IMG/VR virus record: IMGVR_UViG_2541047835_000006
DNA length: 32,535 nt
Strand: one strand, 5' to 3'
DNA from: a virus
Taxonomy: Duplodnaviria; Heunggongvirae; Uroviricota; Caudoviricetes
A model generated the notes under the pieces. The model ran no database searches. It had not been told where the DNA came from and was given only the letters and a program-made list of their open reading frames with translations. The number at the start of each line of letters is the position of its first letter. The first letter of the stretch is position 1. Positions 1 to 9,218 of this stretch are shown piece by piece. The translations under genes were made by a program, and so were the position numbers.

Positions 1-501
1 TTCTCCCAAACCAAGGTTTTTGACAAAGAGCGCCGGGTCAGGAATATCAGCGCCGTTCTGGTCTTTGGCCAGCTTTTCCGCCAGCTTGTTCAACACAGTG
101 GTCGCAAAATTCGGATCGTTGCCGAGGGCATCAGCCAGCTCTTTGAGCGTATCCAGCGTCTCAGGGGCGCTGCCTGCAAGCGCCGCAAGTGCTTTGGCCA
201 CAAACTCCGTCGTCGCCAGCTTCTTGCTGTTATCGCTATTTGCAGGCGTAGGCGCTGTTGGTGTGCCGGTGAATGTCGGGCTGGCTTTCGGTGCGTACTG
301 GGTATGCGGGTCTGCTGCCGCGATATGTTTCGCAAGGTCAGAACCGCCTTTTTCAACCTGTTGCTTCAGGTACAGCGTGCGGCTGGCCAGTTGTTTACCC
401 TGACGGTTAGAAATTCCGTCAGGCCCGCCCAGAACGGGGTCAGAGACCTCAATCTGGTAGATGCCTTCTTCCCACTGCGGGGTTTCAGGTAGGTTTGCCA
501 T
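1..501 (-). CDS. Tail fibre protein, N-terminal 167 codons (gene continues beyond window start)
   Basis: Minus-strand frame open from ATG 501..499 to position 1; translation MANLPETPQWEEGIYQIEVSDPV...DPHTQYAPKASPTFTGTPTAPTP...LKELADALGNDPNFATT matches conserved tail-fibre N-terminal motifs; start 2 nt after the upstream stop. Not in ORF track because no stop in window. Confidence 0.7.
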   Translation of the reverse strand, partial: MANLPETPQWEEGIYQIEVSDPVLGGPDGISNRQGKQLASRTLYLKQQVEKGGSDLAKHIAAADPHTQYAPKASPTFTGTPTAPTPANSDNSKKLATTEFVAKALAALAGSAPETLDTLKELADALGNDPNFATTVLNKLAEKLAKDQNGADIPDPALFVKNLGLGE

Positions 502-503
502 AA

Positions 504-1082
504 TTAACTGCTCCCGTGGTTATAGCTACCGTCATAGTTGACGGTGTTGTTGTAGCGAATGGCGACAGACTGATACTCAAGGCTCGCTAGATGGCAGCGG
601 GCCGGAGCAAAGGCAGCGAGCGTCTGGCGTAACAGCGCCGCCTGATCGTTAGTAATGGGCTGCTGAAGGATGACGCGATAGACCGCCCAGGCTTCTGCAT
701 CGCCATGGACGAAAAGCCCGTTGTACGTGTGTTTGCCGTCGTAGCCAATCTGGCCAGTGCCTTCAATCAGATCCACTTCGCCGAAGCCGAAACGGCGGAT
801 AATTTCCCGGATTGACCACGGCGTCCCTTTATAGCGGTGCAGCTCGATAGCAGATTTGATAAGCATGCGGCGTACATCGTCCGATTCCGCCAGCTCCCAG
901 CCATCGCCAAACAGCGAGAACTGCTCGCCCAGCCATGGCAGCTCGGAACTGTCGACGATATCGACGAGATAGACCATCAGTACGCTCAGGTCGATGTTAT
1001 CCAGCCGCCCGGCCAGTTTTCCCAGCGTTCTGAGGCTGATATCACCCTCAAGCGGCGGCGGGAGTTGTAGCGGCTCAGCCAT
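504..1082 (-). CDS. Baseplate/tail protein, P2 gpI-like
   Basis: 192 aa; position between baseplate J and tail fibre; overlaps J stop by 8 nt (translational coupling). Confidence 0.65.
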   Translation of the reverse strand: MAEPLQLPPPLEGDISLRTLGKLAGRLDNIDLSVLMVYLVDIVDSSELPWLGEQFSLFGDGWELAESDDVRRMLIKSAIELHRYKGTPWSIREIIRRFGFGEVDLIEGTGQIGYDGKHTYNGLFVHGDAEAWAVYRVILQQPITNDQAALLRQTLAAFAPARCHLASLEYQSVAIRYNNTVNYDGSYNHGSS

Positions 1083-2178
1083 CGGACACCCCGGTCATGT
1101 TAAGAGTGATCGCCGTGCAGTTTGCCCATTCGTTTTCTGCCACCACCCGCAGTGGCGGTGTCACCAGTTCAACCTGGTACACCCCGGAGACGGACAACAC
1201 ACTGATAATCTGGCTGGGAACAATATCGCGCCCCAGCGTGGCGGTACGTGATGCCACCCAGTTCTGTATGGCGCTGTTGGCGTTGTCCTTTACCGAGTTG
1301 GCATCCTGGTCACGGTAGATCGTGATATTGGCTTCAATGGTGTAATCCACCTGCAGAGGTGTTTTAGCCCGCACGGTATCAGTAAGTGGCCTGACTTTTT
1401 CGTCAGAACAGAAACTCTCTACCAGCGTGAGGATGCTGTCGTCCGGCAGGCCGGTACTGAGCAGCGGATACAGCTCTACGGTACCGGGGACCGGGGAAAG
1501 CACGGCAACATCGACAATGTTGGGATGGGCCTGCATGGCATGAAAGCGGTATGCCATACGGCTTCCGGCGTTGGTGAATGACTCCGGGGCCAGTTTGATA
1601 CGCTCGCGGAGCCTGTCATTGTCTTCCTGCTCAGAACCGCCAGAACTGGCCGCCAGATTGGTCACCTGCAGGTCGACGTTATCAATCTCATCGAGCAACT
1701 GACTGACCTGCGCAGGCTGCCAGCCGTTGCCTGCGGCTCCCGGCTCGGTACAGGTGGCCGTGGCATTGACAAGCAGCAATCCGGCTTTCAGCACTACGTC
1801 CGTATCGGTTGCAAAAATAATGCTGTCGGAAGCGCTGACGCGGGTACCTGCAGGAATCAGCACATCAATGGCCAGTTCCTCATCCACGGAGAACTGGAGC
1901 GTGGTGGTGGCAGGCTGCGCGGCCAGTCGGTATACACCAACCAGTTCACCGAGGTAATCAATCATCGGCTCACGGGCAAAGGCGACCAGATTCTGTTTGG
2001 CCGCTTCCTGCGCCGCCACCCTGACCAGCATTTCGCGGTATGCCCACAGGTCAATCAACAGGCGCTCAGCCTGAGCGGGGTATAGCGTCTTGCCAGTTGC
2101 GGCTTCGTACTGTGCAATCATTTCAGCCGTGATTTTGTCAGCATCACGTTCAATAAAATCGGGTTCTGTCAGCGCCAT
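1075..2178 (-). CDS. Baseplate protein J-like (P2 gpJ / Mu gp47 family)
   Basis: 367 aa; size and position downstream of gpW-like gene; overlaps neighbours. Confidence 0.75.
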   Translation of the reverse strand: MALTEPDFIERDADKITAEMIAQYEAATGKTLYPAQAERLLIDLWAYREMLVRVAAQEAAKQNLVAFAREPMIDYLGELVGVYRLAAQPATTTLQFSVDEELAIDVLIPAGTRVSASDSIIFATDTDVVLKAGLLLVNATATCTEPGAAGNGWQPAQVSQLLDEIDNVDLQVTNLAASSGGSEQEDNDRLRERIKLAPESFTNAGSRMAYRFHAMQAHPNIVDVAVLSPVPGTVELYPLLSTGLPDDSILTLVESFCSDEKVRPLTDTVRAKTPLQVDYTIEANITIYRDQDANSVKDNANSAIQNWVASRTATLGRDIVPSQIISVLSVSGVYQVELVTPPLRVVAENEWANCTAITLNMTGVSDG

Positions 2179-2516
2179 AGCAACTCCTGAGTCCGGGGTT
2201 GTCCGTCAGAGCCTTTCCAGCTCACCCGGAGCGTAAGATGTTCGCCGTCGACGGCGGGTTTAACCGACATAAGCTGGCAGCGAGGCTCCCAGCGGCGAAT
2301 GGCATCGACGGATTCGCGCACCACATGCGGAATAGCCCGGTCAATAGGCCAGTCGATATAAAGGTGCAGATTGCTGCCGAACTCCGGGCGATGCGGGTCG
2401 CTGCCGCGAGGAGTACGCAGGATGATTTGAATGGCCTGCCAGATATCATCCAGCCCCCGGACGATTTCGCCAGGGGCCTGCAGAGCCGGTTGCCAGAATA
2501 CTGAGGTTGTTTTCAT
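2169..2516 (-). CDS. Baseplate protein W (GPW/gp25 family)
   Basis: 115 aa, typical gpW size, located between V-like spike and J-like genes. Confidence 0.7.
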   Translation of the reverse strand: MKTTSVFWQPALQAPGEIVRGLDDIWQAIQIILRTPRGSDPHRPEFGSNLHLYIDWPIDRAIPHVVRESVDAIRRWEPRCQLMSVKPAVDGEHLTLRVSWKGSDGQPRTQELLWR

Positions 2517-2570
2517 GGGGGCAGTATTGCCCCTGTGCGGGAACGCCGATATTAAAGGCGTTTAAGAAGG

Positions 2571-3083
2571 TCAGTGGGAATGGTGATTAGAGTTCGGGCC
2601 GTCAGAGAGCATGCTGCCTGTCGAGTGGGCATTGCCGTTGATTTCAAGGTTGCCGTTCACCGTGGTGGTGTCAGCGGTCAAATCAATGGTTTTCCCCTTC
2701 AGGCTGATACCCACTGCAACCTCGATCACCACATGCTCGATACCACCTTTGACTGTCAGCGTATGGGTCGCACGGTTATAGCTGAACTCTGCGCCATCCG
2801 CGTATTTCGTGCCCCGGACATTTTTGTCGCTGAACGGCGGTTTATCGACTTCTGAGTACACCGCGCCCAGAATGACACCATCCTCGCCGTTGGCATCGAG
2901 CAGCACTTCAACCTGCTCCCCCACGTCAGGGAGCCAGTAATCCTTGTTATCCTGGGTATTGCGCTGCAGCACGTTAAGCCAGTTAGTGCGCAGGTTATCG
3001 CATTCCGGCAGACGAACGCGGGCCTGAACCTTGTCGGCATCGACGGCGCTGACCGTACCGACCTGACGAGTGACGCCTGTCAT
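2571..3083 (-). CDS. Baseplate spike/assembly protein V-like
   Basis: 170 aa with C-terminal His-rich tip (NSNHHSH); start ATG overlaps gpD stop (TAATG). Confidence 0.7.
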   Translation of the reverse strand: MTGVTRQVGTVSAVDADKVQARVRLPECDNLRTNWLNVLQRNTQDNKDYWLPDVGEQVEVLLDANGEDGVILGAVYSEVDKPPFSDKNVRGTKYADGAEFSYNRATHTLTVKGGIEHVVIEVAVGISLKGKTIDLTADTTTVNGNLEINGNAHSTGSMLSDGPNSNHHSH

Positions 3084-4252
3084 TATTTTTTCTCCTTTAT
3101 TACCGTGGACGTACTGCCGTCCGGTTTATAGACGGTCAGCGTCTGGGTTTTTCCGGTCTTTTTACCTTTCTTCGCTTTGCCCTGCGTAACCGGCCCTCGT
3201 GCCACTTCCAGTTCGGTGATGTAGCCGCTGTTACGGTCAAACGCATGGCGGGCAGTAGTTATCAGCCATGGCCCGGATAACTGACCAAAACCCACCAGTT
3301 CAATTTTGTTGCCTGCAGTCAACTGAGGCGTCCCCATCAGCGTCAGCGAGCCGTTCTGCTGGTATTCGTTATGCCTGGCCAGCGCCGAATCTGCTTTAAT
3401 CCGGGCGCTGTCCGGATCACTGACGCGGCTGTTGACCTTCAGTGAGTCGGCACTGGTGACCTTACCGCCTTTGGTTTGTTTGTCGCTTTCGCTGGTACCG
3501 CCATCAGCTTCATAAACGATCAGCTTTTTATCGCTGCTCTTCTGGTGTTTTACCTTCGCGGATTTGTAGACGCGGTTGATGGTGTCACGCAGGGAAAAGC
3601 TGGCCACATCCTGCGGCTTTAACTGCCTGATCGGCTCCTGACCGCGTAACGTGGCAAGATGAGAAAAAACCAGCTGGTCGCTGACCACTTTCACGGCATA
3701 ACCATACTCGCTGGCCAGTCGGCGCAGGAAGCCCACGTCCGTTTCAGCATACTGGGTCACCCGGTCAATTTTGATGGACTCAATACTGCCAACCAGCTTC
3801 AGCTGATGCTTTTTGGCAATCCGTCCGGCGATGGCCGCCAGCGTGGTGCTCTCGAAACCACGACTGGATTTTGTCCGCAGGGCGTTGTTGACCGACGTGG
3901 CCACGCCCCGGATAGCGACAACGGACGCGGGCGAACTCACCTCGATCTCGTCTATAGAGAACGTACCGCAGGACAGCAGCTTCTCGCCCTGATAACCCAT
4001 TTTCAGCGTCAGCGTGTCACCCTTGCCCGGATACCACTTATCCAGCCAGCGGCCATCGGTGTCGTCCAGTTCCACCTCAATGGTATCGGACTCGCTTTTG
4101 ATGTTATCGCTGTAGGTTACGCGGGTGACATAGGGGGCGATATCGGTGGTGATGTTCTTCTGCAGATACCATAGCGTGAACACCGGACTCAGAACATCGC
4201 TGACGCCGGTTAACGCTGATGCGGCTTGTGCAGGGCTGTTTATCTCAGCCAT
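3083..4252 (-). CDS. Tail protein D-like (P2 late control gene D / baseplate hub family)
   Basis: 389 aa; position after tape measure/U/X; lysine-rich C-terminus; family-level recollection. Confidence 0.7.
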   Translation of the reverse strand: MAEINSPAQAASALTGVSDVLSPVFTLWYLQKNITTDIAPYVTRVTYSDNIKSESDTIEVELDDTDGRWLDKWYPGKGDTLTLKMGYQGEKLLSCGTFSIDEIEVSSPASVVAIRGVATSVNNALRTKSSRGFESTTLAAIAGRIAKKHQLKLVGSIESIKIDRVTQYAETDVGFLRRLASEYGYAVKVVSDQLVFSHLATLRGQEPIRQLKPQDVASFSLRDTINRVYKSAKVKHQKSSDKKLIVYEADGGTSESDKQTKGGKVTSADSLKVNSRVSDPDSARIKADSALARHNEYQQNGSLTLMGTPQLTAGNKIELVGFGQLSGPWLITTARHAFDRNSGYITELEVARGPVTQGKAKKGKKTGKTQTLTVYKPDGSTSTVIKEKK

Positions 4253-4452
4253 GGGGCAATATCCTCTTCTGTACTGGCTTCTTCAGCCTCGATAACCGGA
4301 ATCAGTAACAACAGCCCGGAGGGCAGCACCGGCGTGATGGCCACGTGTGGATTGGCGGCAATTATCCGGGGATAGCCCAGCGGGTCGCCGTAGTACTGCC
4401 ATGCGAGAGAGTCCCAGCGCTCTCCGTCACGGGTGACATGTTCAAGAAACAT
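4240..4452 (-). CDS. Tail protein X-like (small LysM-like tail protein)
   Basis: about 70 aa; ATG at 4452 overlaps upstream stop (ATGA); positioned between U-like and D-like genes. Confidence 0.55.
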   Translation of the reverse strand: MFLEHVTRDGERWDSLAWQYYGDPLGYPRIIAANPHVAITPVLPSGLLLLIPVIEAEEASTEEDIAPWLR

Positions 4453-5336
4453 CACACACTCCTCGCCAGAATTTTGGCTGCCATGGTGCTTAACCCCGGC
4501 GACATACGGGTGAAGGTGGTGCTGGCGGAGTTAAGCTGCCCGGAAACGGCATCCAGCGCCGCTGCGATATTGCTGCCGTCCACGCCGCTCAGTGAAGACT
4601 GTGCCTGTTGTACATACGTGGCCGCATCACTGGTGGCTCTGGCCAGACTGATGGCATCAGGCATGGATTCAGAAAGCGCATTAAATGCCGGAACGCTTTG
4701 ACCCAACGCCCCGGACACGTTGCCCAGCCCGCTCATCAACCCCGGTACGCGGGTCAGTGCAACGGCGGGGTTATCCTTCATTTTCTGCGCCACCCGAACG
4801 GCACTGATGGTGGTCTGGAGAACAGACTGCGCCTGTTTGGCGTAGTTGACGCCGTCGCGGACGTACTGCGCTACCCCGGAAGGTGAAGGAACGGCACCGG
4901 AGACCGCCCCGACGCCGGGAACCTGCGTGCGTATTGCGGGTGGCTGTAGCGGGTTTTTCGGGTCGCCGATGTACTCCCGGAGAGACGCGGTGGCATTGAC
5001 GGCCAGCACGTTGCCGGTGCTGTCGGTCTGCTCGCTGGTCGCAGTAACATCGGTAATCACGAACCAGCCGCGATAGTCACCGTTGCCGAAGACCAGCGCC
5101 AGCGCTTGATGGGCCTTCATGGCCGTTCGCAGTCTCGCCAGCTCCACGTCGGGCACACAATAGTGCTGATGGAAGACCAGGCTTATCTGGATTTCGTCCA
5201 GCTTATCGCCAACGAACTGCAGGCCGGGCTTACCCTCGATACGGGGATGCTCCGCATAATCGACGCCGAACGTGACCTCGAAGCCGTCCCAGTAGGTAAT
5301 CAGTTCAAACTCAATATCACCCAATACTGCAAACAT
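4452..5336 (-). CDS. Tail protein, P2 gpU-like N-terminal domain with C-terminal extension
   Basis: 294 aa; N-terminus MFAVLGDIEFELITYWDGFEV... resembles gpU; ATG overlaps tape-measure stop (ATGA). Confidence 0.6.
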   Translation of the reverse strand: MFAVLGDIEFELITYWDGFEVTFGVDYAEHPRIEGKPGLQFVGDKLDEIQISLVFHQHYCVPDVELARLRTAMKAHQALALVFGNGDYRGWFVITDVTATSEQTDSTGNVLAVNATASLREYIGDPKNPLQPPAIRTQVPGVGAVSGAVPSPSGVAQYVRDGVNYAKQAQSVLQTTISAVRVAQKMKDNPAVALTRVPGLMSGLGNVSGALGQSVPAFNALSESMPDAISLARATSDAATYVQQAQSSLSGVDGSNIAAALDAVSGQLNSASTTFTRMSPGLSTMAAKILARSV

Positions 5337-7801
5337 CAGCTGTACCTCCTGCGTTGTTGCTGAGCCAGCAGACGCTCCAGCATTTTCTCCAGCTCATGCA
5401 GGCTCATATTCAGTGCGCCGGTCAACCCGTCAGGCGCTGCGGTTTCTTTGCCATTGAGGAAAAACTGAGGATTAAAGCTGACCTGGATACCGCCAGATGT
5501 TCCGCTGCCAGTTGCAGCTGCGCCACGACCTGAATATCCCGCCGCCATGATTTCCGGCGACGGGATACGGGGAACATCCGGTGTCATTTCAGTGGCCAGA
5601 CGCTGCCCGGCCAGTGCAGCAAGTGGTGTGGTGCGCTGCAGGCCGATAGCGGCCCCCTGCGCAATGTTGTCACCAAAGCCAATAAACACACGGCTCGGCG
5701 AATGAATGCCCAGCTTTTCCTTAAACCAGCCGCCAACACTGTCGCCCATGTCTGTGACGGTAGTTTTGAGCGACTCCCATTTGTTTTTGATGCCGTTTAT
5801 TAACCCGTCGATAAGATGGCCACCGAAGTCGGTGAACTTCGCTGGCAGATCAACACCGAGGTATTTCAGCGCAGCCGCAAAGGCTTTATAGAGCAGACCA
5901 ACCGGCGACCAGTTAATCAGCAGCTTACCAATCCCCACGACACCGCCATTAAACGCCTCTTTAATGTCAGCCCAGCGCTGTTTAAACCAGCTACTGACTG
6001 CGCCCCAGTTGCGATAAATAAGGTAAGCTGCTGCCGCGACGGCGGTGATGGCGAGACCAATGGGATTCATCAGCAGCGCCCGGCCAATCCAGAGAACGGC
6101 CCGCCCGGCGATCATAATGCCGCGAACCAGCCCACCTGACAGTACACCACCCAGTGTTCTGGCTCCTCTGGCGACGGCGCTGAAGCCGGTCACCAGCCAG
6201 CGGAGCTTACCGCCTTCACCGAGTGCAAGCGACAGTCGAAGCCAGTTGGCCCGCAGTAAAACGGCATTTTTCCAGACGTTAACAAAGGGGGAAATAAGGA
6301 GATTCAGCCCCAGCTTGAGACCGATAGTGGCCATCTTGAAAGCGAGTAATGCTCCTACAACCTTTATGGTGCCGCTGACGATTTGCGGGTTTGCCGCTAT
6401 CCATTTGCCGACACTGTCCATTAAAGGAATAAAAGTCTCACCCAGTTGGATCAAGGCCGGGCGTAGTGACTCACCAATGCTGATGGCTGCCTCGTTAAAA
6501 CCAATCTGAGTTCTGCGCCAACGACCTTCGAGCGTATTATTTTGTTTTGCAGCATCCTTATCCAGCGTAGACATTGCTGACGGGGTATTCATTTCCTGCT
6601 TGCTGGAAAGGTATTTATCCCAGCCCTGACGCATTGACAGTAAATGGTTAACGGTCTGAATATCAGTGAAGACTTCTGCCAGACCAAATGACTCCATTAG
6701 CTTCTGCTGGCCTTCCTGATCGCCTCTTGAGCCTGCTGCTTTCCATTGCTGTAAAAACGCCTTACCTTTACCGTCGATAAAACGGTTGGCAATCATCAGT
6801 GAGGCTTCATACTGTGAGAAGCCCTGAGCGACGTAATTCTGCATTGACCCCTGGTAATCCACCCCGGCTTTAGCATATTTCTGGATGGTATCTCCGCGCC
6901 CCATCGCCGCCAGCCAGTTTGACATATTGGTGACGGCCTCTTCCGCTGAGCCGCTGCCTTTACCAACTTCCAGACTGGCGACGATCTGGGTTATGGCATC
7001 TTTGCCGTAAATACCACGTGCAGCGAAGGCTTTGGCCATACCAGGTAACGCTTTCGCCATATCCTTCAGTTCAAACGAGCCTAGCTTAGCCCCGGTTGCC
7101 GCAATCCCAAACGCCTGCTCCAGCTCTTTCGCATCGGTAATTTTCAGCGCATCGCTAAAGGCGTAGGTCATTTTTGCGAGGTCAGTCATATCCGCTTTGG
7201 TGGCCGTGGCCGCTTTACCGAGCATCCCGGCAAATTTAGCTGCCTGCTCCGGGTTCATACCATCGGCAACTAACTGACCAACACCCCCTAGCAGCGACTC
7301 CTGGAGCTGATTGACCTGAAGGGATGCCCGACGAATGGCAGTACCGATGGCCTGTTCCTGCCTTGAATCCAGATCACCAGTGACACTGATATCCCGCAAC
7401 TGCGATTCAAACGAGGCATATTGTTTGACTGAGGCCATGACCGGTGCACCCAGTGTTCTGACGATGGCATAGGTTTCTGCTCCCTGGCCATAGAGCGCCA
7501 TGCGGTTAGCTTTCAGCGCGTCACTGGTGGTTGATACTGCTGACAAACGGCGCTGCTGGCGCTCAATTTGCTCCATTGTGCGGCTTACCCGCAGCAGGTC
7601 GCTGTTGAGGCGCTGCATCCGGGAAGAACCCAACTGACCATAGCGTTCTGTTGCACGGGTTAAGGCGTTTTGGCGTTCCTGCAGGCGGCGCGATGTATCG
7701 CCCAGGGAATCAAGGGCGCGTCGGGTACCGCTGACGGCTGAGCGGAAGCTGCTCCCGACAATGCCGCCAATAATGACGCCGACTGAAAATTTACTGGCCA
7801 C
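5336..7801 (-). CDS. Tail tape measure protein
   Basis: 821 aa, largest tail gene, Ala/Gly-rich with hydrophobic C-terminal segments; GTG start at 7801 preceded by AGAGGA SD. Confidence 0.85.
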   Translation of the reverse strand: MASKFSVGVIIGGIVGSSFRSAVSGTRRALDSLGDTSRRLQERQNALTRATERYGQLGSSRMQRLNSDLLRVSRTMEQIERQQRRLSAVSTTSDALKANRMALYGQGAETYAIVRTLGAPVMASVKQYASFESQLRDISVTGDLDSRQEQAIGTAIRRASLQVNQLQESLLGGVGQLVADGMNPEQAAKFAGMLGKAATATKADMTDLAKMTYAFSDALKITDAKELEQAFGIAATGAKLGSFELKDMAKALPGMAKAFAARGIYGKDAITQIVASLEVGKGSGSAEEAVTNMSNWLAAMGRGDTIQKYAKAGVDYQGSMQNYVAQGFSQYEASLMIANRFIDGKGKAFLQQWKAAGSRGDQEGQQKLMESFGLAEVFTDIQTVNHLLSMRQGWDKYLSSKQEMNTPSAMSTLDKDAAKQNNTLEGRWRRTQIGFNEAAISIGESLRPALIQLGETFIPLMDSVGKWIAANPQIVSGTIKVVGALLAFKMATIGLKLGLNLLISPFVNVWKNAVLLRANWLRLSLALGEGGKLRWLVTGFSAVARGARTLGGVLSGGLVRGIMIAGRAVLWIGRALLMNPIGLAITAVAAAAYLIYRNWGAVSSWFKQRWADIKEAFNGGVVGIGKLLINWSPVGLLYKAFAAALKYLGVDLPAKFTDFGGHLIDGLINGIKNKWESLKTTVTDMGDSVGGWFKEKLGIHSPSRVFIGFGDNIAQGAAIGLQRTTPLAALAGQRLATEMTPDVPRIPSPEIMAAGYSGRGAAATGSGTSGGIQVSFNPQFFLNGKETAAPDGLTGALNMSLHELEKMLERLLAQQQRRRYS

Positions 7802-7893
7802 GGTGGTTATCCTCTGAAAGCGGAAAAACGGAAGGAAAATGTCTGAGAGCCATGCAGAACAGCCGCGAGTAGCGGCTGTTAAGTGATGAGGTG

Positions 7894-8151
7894 TTAATGA
7901 TTATCGCCGAACTCGCTTCTGATTTGCTCTTCAGCCTGCTCCAGCCACATCTCCAGATCGTCAGTATCGAGGGCATCAATCTCCCCCGGCTGAAATCTAA
8001 ACCACCTCGCCAGCAGCCCCTGCGCCTGCATCAGCGTTTTCGTCGCTCTTGCCCAGCCCAGTGACTTGCTGAAATCGTTTCTGCAGCTCCATGTAGTCGG
8101 CAAGATCCATATTATCGAGGTCTTCCGGAAGAATACCGGTGCTACGGGCAA
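7894..8151 (-). CDS. Overlapping ORF in +1/-2 frame; candidate frameshift extension (E'-like) of the tail chaperone
   Basis: Part overlapping E looks like out-of-frame junk (R/W/C-rich) but the ~35 codons past the E stop are protein-like and acidic (PGEIDALDTDDLEMWLEQAEEQIRSEFGDNH); slippery site not identified. Confidence 0.4.
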   Translation of the reverse strand: MPVAPVFFRKTSIIWILPTTWSCRNDFSKSLGWARATKTLMQAQGLLARWFRFQPGEIDALDTDDLEMWLEQAEEQIRSEFGDNH

Positions 8152-8311
8152 TCAGCGGCTCGTCCCAGTCAGCCGGGTCTTTACTGATTTTGCGCACCTG
8201 CTTCAGGTCTTTGACCGTCAGGCGTTTCAGTTCAACCTGCTCAACTCTGGTGCCAGCAGCGGTGGTGAAGGGGTAAGACAGCTTAAAAGTATCGGATTGG
8301 GTTTGTGACAT
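7997..8311 (-). CDS. Tail assembly chaperone (P2 gpE-like)
   Basis: 104 aa, between tube and tape measure; LKRLTVKDLKQV and DNMDLADYMELQKRF segments resemble gpE. Confidence 0.6.
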   Translation of the reverse strand: MSQTQSDTFKLSYPFTTAAGTRVEQVELKRLTVKDLKQVRKISKDPADWDEPLIARSTGILPEDLDNMDLADYMELQKRFQQVTGLGKSDENADAGAGAAGEVV

Positions 8312-8378
8312 GATCGTGCTCCTGTGTAAGTTCAGAGCAGTATGTCTGGTGGTGGGACTGGCAGATATTAAAGGGGAT

Positions 8379-8403
8379 TAAGAAGAAAGGGGCCGAAGCC
8401 CCT
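8379..8403 (-). terminator. Intrinsic terminator-like hairpin with U-tract on minus strand
   Basis: Minus-strand AGGGGC-TTCG-GCCCCT followed by TTTCTTCTT, starting 6 nt after the stop of the 8410..8694 ORF. Confidence 0.5.
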
Positions 8404-8409
8404 GTGATA

Positions 8410-8694
8410 TCAGTGAGTGCGAAAGCCTTTGCAGTTACGCAGGAAGGCGATAAGAAGTACCTTTCCTTCAGATTTGCCGATGCCGGTGAACCAGTGGTCA
8501 GGTGGCTCCCATGCCTCAATCAGGTCAGCGAGCTTTCGTGCTTTGGAGCGTGTGCAGTCAATCGGGTCATTGGTTTTCTGGGTATTAAAAAGGTTTTCCA
8601 CCCCTGAAATATCAAGGATGGTAAACCACGTACCATTCCCCATCATGCCAATCGAACCACAGTTCCCGCCTTTATCTTCAATCTCGACGGTCAC
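8410..8694 (-). CDS. Hypothetical protein (moron inserted between tail tube and tail chaperone genes)
   Basis: 94-codon ORF with GTG start; visibly lower GC than flanking tail genes; own downstream terminator; no recognised motif. Confidence 0.4.
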   Translation of the reverse strand: MTVEIEDKGGNCGSIGMMGNGTWFTILDISGVENLFNTQKTNDPIDCTRSKARKLADLIEAWEPPDHWFTGIGKSEGKVLLIAFLRNCKGFRTH

Positions 8695-8696
8695 CG

Positions 8697-9218
8697 TCAG
8701 CCCCCGATGTTGATGCGGTAGTCGGTCAACTGGTCAATGCCGCCGACGCGGAAGATGTTGGCCAGATAGTCCAGCTCCAGCAACTCTTCACCATCCAGTA
8801 CCTGCTTGATGTACGTGCAGGTGAAGCTACTGGAGAACTCGGCGTTCTCATGCTGTTTGAACGTCCCCAGCGGGTTCTTCTTAAACATGATCGTCAGGAA
8901 AGTGACCAGCGGAATTTCGTCAATCAGCCCCTGCGAGCTGTAGCGCTGAACGCTGGAACGGCACTGCAGCGCCAGCGACTTATACGGGTTCGCGGCAGAC
9001 AGCATCGCGTCGCGGTAAAAGCTGTTCCACTTGATCTCGCCCTCAAGCTTGTCGAAGCCAGCAGGGAGTTCCACCTTGCCCACCATCCCCAACGCCTTAT
9101 GCTCCTGCATGGTCATGGAGACGTCAGGCAGTTTGACCTCCTCGGCCCGGCCCAGCAGGTTAGCGCCATCCAAGTAGATGTTGGCATTCGTGATGCGGTT
9201 GATCTCAATCTTTGCCAT
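8697..9218 (-). CDS. Tail tube protein (FII / Mu M-like)
   Basis: 173 aa; C-terminus ...ANIFRVGGIDQLTDYRINIGG resembles P2 FII C-terminus; ATG overlaps sheath stop (ATGA). Confidence 0.8.
   Translation of the reverse strand: MAKIEINRITNANIYLDGANLLGRAEEVKLPDVSMTMQEHKALGMVGKVELPAGFDKLEGEIKWNSFYRDAMLSAANPYKSLALQCRSSVQRYSSQGLIDEIPLVTFLTIMFKKNPLGTFKQHENAEFSSSFTCTYIKQVLDGEELLELDYLANIFRVGGIDQLTDYRINIGG

Noticed and set aside
20-403. 127-aa plus-strand and 88-aa minus-strand ORFs at the window start
   Set aside because: Both are alternative frames over the tail fibre N-terminal coding region, whose frame is supported by conserved tail-fibre motifs and coupling to the gpI-like gene
7791-7979. 62-aa ORF in the -1 frame relative to the tail chaperone gene
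   Set aside because: Considered as the canonical -1 frameshift extension, but the frame has a stop 11 codons before the chaperone stop, reads as junk (R/W/C-rich) and runs into the tape-measure start; the +1/-2 frame ORF is the better candidate
8404-8713. Plus-strand ORFs (67 and 98 aa) overlapping the moron interval
   Set aside because: Antisense to the operon direction and overlapping the tail tube 3' end; the terminator hairpin has its U-tract on the minus strand, supporting the minus-strand ORF. Strand assignment of the moron remains unverified
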